Source of the DNA: the human T2T-CHM13v2.0 reference genome, Homo sapiens
NCBI RefSeq assembly: GCF_009914755.1
Contig: NC_060943.1
Length of the DNA: 64,000 nt
Strand: one strand, 5' to 3'
The notes below the pieces were generated by a model. That model had not been told where the DNA came from and ran no database searches. It saw only the letters and a list, made by a program, of their open reading frames with translations. The position numbers and the translations under genes were made by a program. Of this stretch, positions 61,154-64,000 are shown piece by piece (positions within the stretch are counted from its first letter, which is position 1; each line of letters begins with the position of its first letter).

Positions 61154-62779
61154 CCATGGACAGCAGCTTTGCTGGAAAGTCTTCTCCATGTCTGGGATGA
61201 TGACTGGAAAGACGGAGATGTGGGAATCTGTGAATGCTTCTGGGGATGGCCTCCATGCCAGAGTCCCAGAGCAGGAGTGTCCTTAGCAAATGTTGTACCC
61301 AACCAGGAGAAGGGACGGGCCAAGCCCTGTAAGGTGCATCGACATTTACACACTCATCACAACACAGGAGTGCCAGGCTCTGGAGAGGTTCCAGGGAGCC
61401 AAAATGAAATAACAAAAACCAAACAAAGCCCCAGGTCCTTGCCCTCCTGGGGCTTGTTGTCTCACGGGGGAAGCAGACATCTATTTTTAAGAGCCACACG
61501 GATACATGTATTATTTATGTGGTGAATTCCAGGAGGAGTGGGGCCCGGGAGATGTGTGGATAATGGAGCTGGGGGCGGGGACCGGCAGGAGCTGGGGATG
61601 CAGGAGACTCCCTAGGAAAGGGCGGTTGAGGAGGACCTGGTGGGTGTCACCAGGTGACACCTGTGAAGTGGCATATGTGTGTGTGCATGGGTGTGCATGT
61701 GTGTGCATAGAAAGGACCGGAAGGAAGCTGTCCCAGATACAGGGAATAGTAAGTAATAGTAAGGCTCCCCAGTGGGAAGGAACCAGAGAATGCATAAAGG
61801 GTAAGGGGTCTTGGTGCTGCATGAAAAGGAACCCTATGTTCAATATACCTTTTTTGGGGTGATGTAAATCATGGAAATTCAAGTCCATCTAAACTTTCCT
61901 TATGGGACTGTACAAGGGAGAGCATGGAGAGGCTTAATGGGGGCAAGTGTAGGAGAGGGTTAAACCCAAATGGCACGGCCCTTCCGGCTGGTCCCTGGTT
62001 ACTAAGCTGTGCCTGGATTACAGCACCTGGGGCCATGGGGCCCCCACCCGGAGGGCTGCAGAGTGAGGGTCCCTGGAGCCTGAGTCCTGGCTGGAGGCCC
62101 AGAGGCCAAGGGATTACATGATGACATAGGGGATTGGCACAGAAGAGGTGCGGCCAGCATGATTACATCGTCCGTCCCTCGCAGCCTCCCAAAGACCACG
62201 GTCCACCTTGACTGCGTCTGCTGCCAAGGATGAGGCCTTTTGAGCATCTGCCCCAGGCCTGTCCCAGACACAGCGAGTGAGAGGGAAATCTTCAGAGGGC
62301 TGTCAGGGCCTTGCTGCTGGAGTGTGGCCCCAGGAAGTCATTGGGTGGGCTGTGGGGGCCCCAAGTGTCCTGTGACAATGTCGTCTAGGGCCTCTGCAGG
62401 TCCTTCCAACAGTGGGTCTGCACTGCCAAGCTCACTCATTTCGGCTCCCCCCACTGGCCCCCGGTGACACAGGGAGATGGGCAGGTTTGCCTTTCACAGG
62501 GTTCATTACTTTGTTATCAATGCCTCCTGCCCCTGCCCCCCACTTCCTGCTTGCTGCAAGGTCCCCCATCTTCAACAGTGGGTAGTGGGCCTGCTGGCCT
62601 CTGAGGCTCAGCCCCAGCTCCGATTGGGACCAGGGCTCAGTGGGCTCCTTCCTCAGGGGGAGGTCTCAGGCTCCTGGTGAAGCCCCCTGAGCTTCAGGAA
62701 GGTAAGTGCAGCCATTTGAACAGCCCTCATTGGCCGCCTTCCCATTGTGGAGAATTAGGTGGCCGGGCTCCTCCCTCCC

Positions 62780-63170
62780 ACCCTACGATTATACAATAGA
62801 TTTAAAGTCTCTGATATCCACAAATCTACATCAAAATATATTCTCTAGCTGTAGGGAACGTCTCAGAATTGTTAACCTTCTCCCCAGGTATTAGAGGTAA
62901 CACACTGTGAGATTAGATGTATATTTTCTTCAAGATACACCACCCATTGAGGGGTTCATATTTACATCTTTTGTTGATATTTTTTATAGATTAAAAGCGC
63001 CTCTTTGCTAGGTGATAATTCTGCTAAGTACTGTAATTTGCTGCCATTAATATTTGTCTGAGTCCTAGTTTGCAAAATATATTTGAAACCACGTTAGAAA
63101 GTCGCATAATTGCTTCTTTAAGCTGGGGAAATAAGCAGTTTCTTTACCCAGCCTTTATCCTGTTAACCTC
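62780..63170. promoter_or_regulatory. Candidate conserved non-coding element / enhancer
   Basis: AT-rich, repeat-free island in GC-rich flanks, with TAATT, ACAATAG and CTTTTGTT motifs and retained CpGs. Confidence 0.45.
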
Positions 63171-64000
63171 AGAGGGGAGGGGTGTTCATGGAGTCCTGGA
63201 ATCGGCTGAGCACATCGGCCATTGAATTCCAGTGCCTACTGGGGGAGACGGTGCGGCCCGGCTGGGCCCAGCTGCGCCCAGCTGCTGGTGGCTTCTGGGC
63301 TGCTCCTCCCTGGGCCACCGAGGGACAGGAGACCCATGGAGAATGCACCACCCCTGCCTGGGTCTTAGGCCCTGGGGTGTAGGGAGAGCTGCCTAACCCC
63401 TGGGAGCCAAGACACCGCTCTTCCTGGGCCTCTCTTGGGTCCTCATCTGGAAAATGGAGGCACTGGCCTCCCAGCCTGACTCTCCCAAGGGAGGGTGTGG
63501 AAAGCCCCGCCCAGCAATCAGATGGCTCTGTGCCTGTCCCATTGTGGGCGTTCCACAAATGTTCAGGGCATGTGTAAATGACACAGCTGGTGGCCTGGCC
63601 AAGCCTGATCCCTGGGAGAGTGGGGCTTACAGGGGCTGAGCATGCCAGGACTCACAGGGCTGGGTGGTGGGGCAGGGGGCTCTCTGTGATCAAGACTAGG
63701 GGCAGGAGGCCCAGGGTGACCAGCACCTGAGCCTCTGGTTTCCAAGGCAGCTGGAGACCCCGGCTGTCTCCTGTGCTCCCCACACCACACACACCCACCC
63801 TCCAGGCCTCCCACCATGGGAACAGGCAGCTCCAGGCCCTTGCGAGCAGGTGGATTCTATAGTCATGGGACTGCTTACAAGAGGCTGCACCACACAGATA
63901 GAACATCCATCTGTTTCCAGTTTCTGTGCGCATTCTTCGGGGTCTTCTCTTGCACCCCAAGGTGGCAATCAACTGGGATATCTCTAATCAGAAGAGCATT

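Overview
This is primate, almost certainly human, non-coding genomic DNA. It carries a near-consensus AluYa5, and I can support no intact protein-coding gene, RNA gene or CRISPR array. Almost all ORF-track entries are by-products of repeats, low-complexity tracts or GC-rich sequence. The left ~14 kb is an AT-rich nest of retroelements: an old near-full-length L1 inserted into an older L1, a full-length processed TAF9 pseudogene that also preserves the AK6 (CINAP) N-terminal exons, and a complete THE1A provirus with an Alu in its 5' LTR. From ~15 kb onward there are several repeat-free, AT-rich, TAAT/SOX/FOX-motif-dense islands, and from ~21 kb the background is mostly GC-rich. These islands look like conserved developmental enhancers. 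From memory this would fit TAF9P3 in the 19q12 URI1-ZNF536 interval, which I have not verified. The most unusual unexplained structures are: a 348-bp non-Alu inverted repeat (59327-59674); a ~137-bp direct repeat bracketing an AT-rich island (44896-47143); a TATA/CCAAT/CACCC promoter-like module abutting a candidate enhancer (41830-42070); and two cases of Alus reusing the same target site. Repeat subfamily names come from recalled consensus features, not from a RepeatMasker run. I found no convincing novel multi-gene system.
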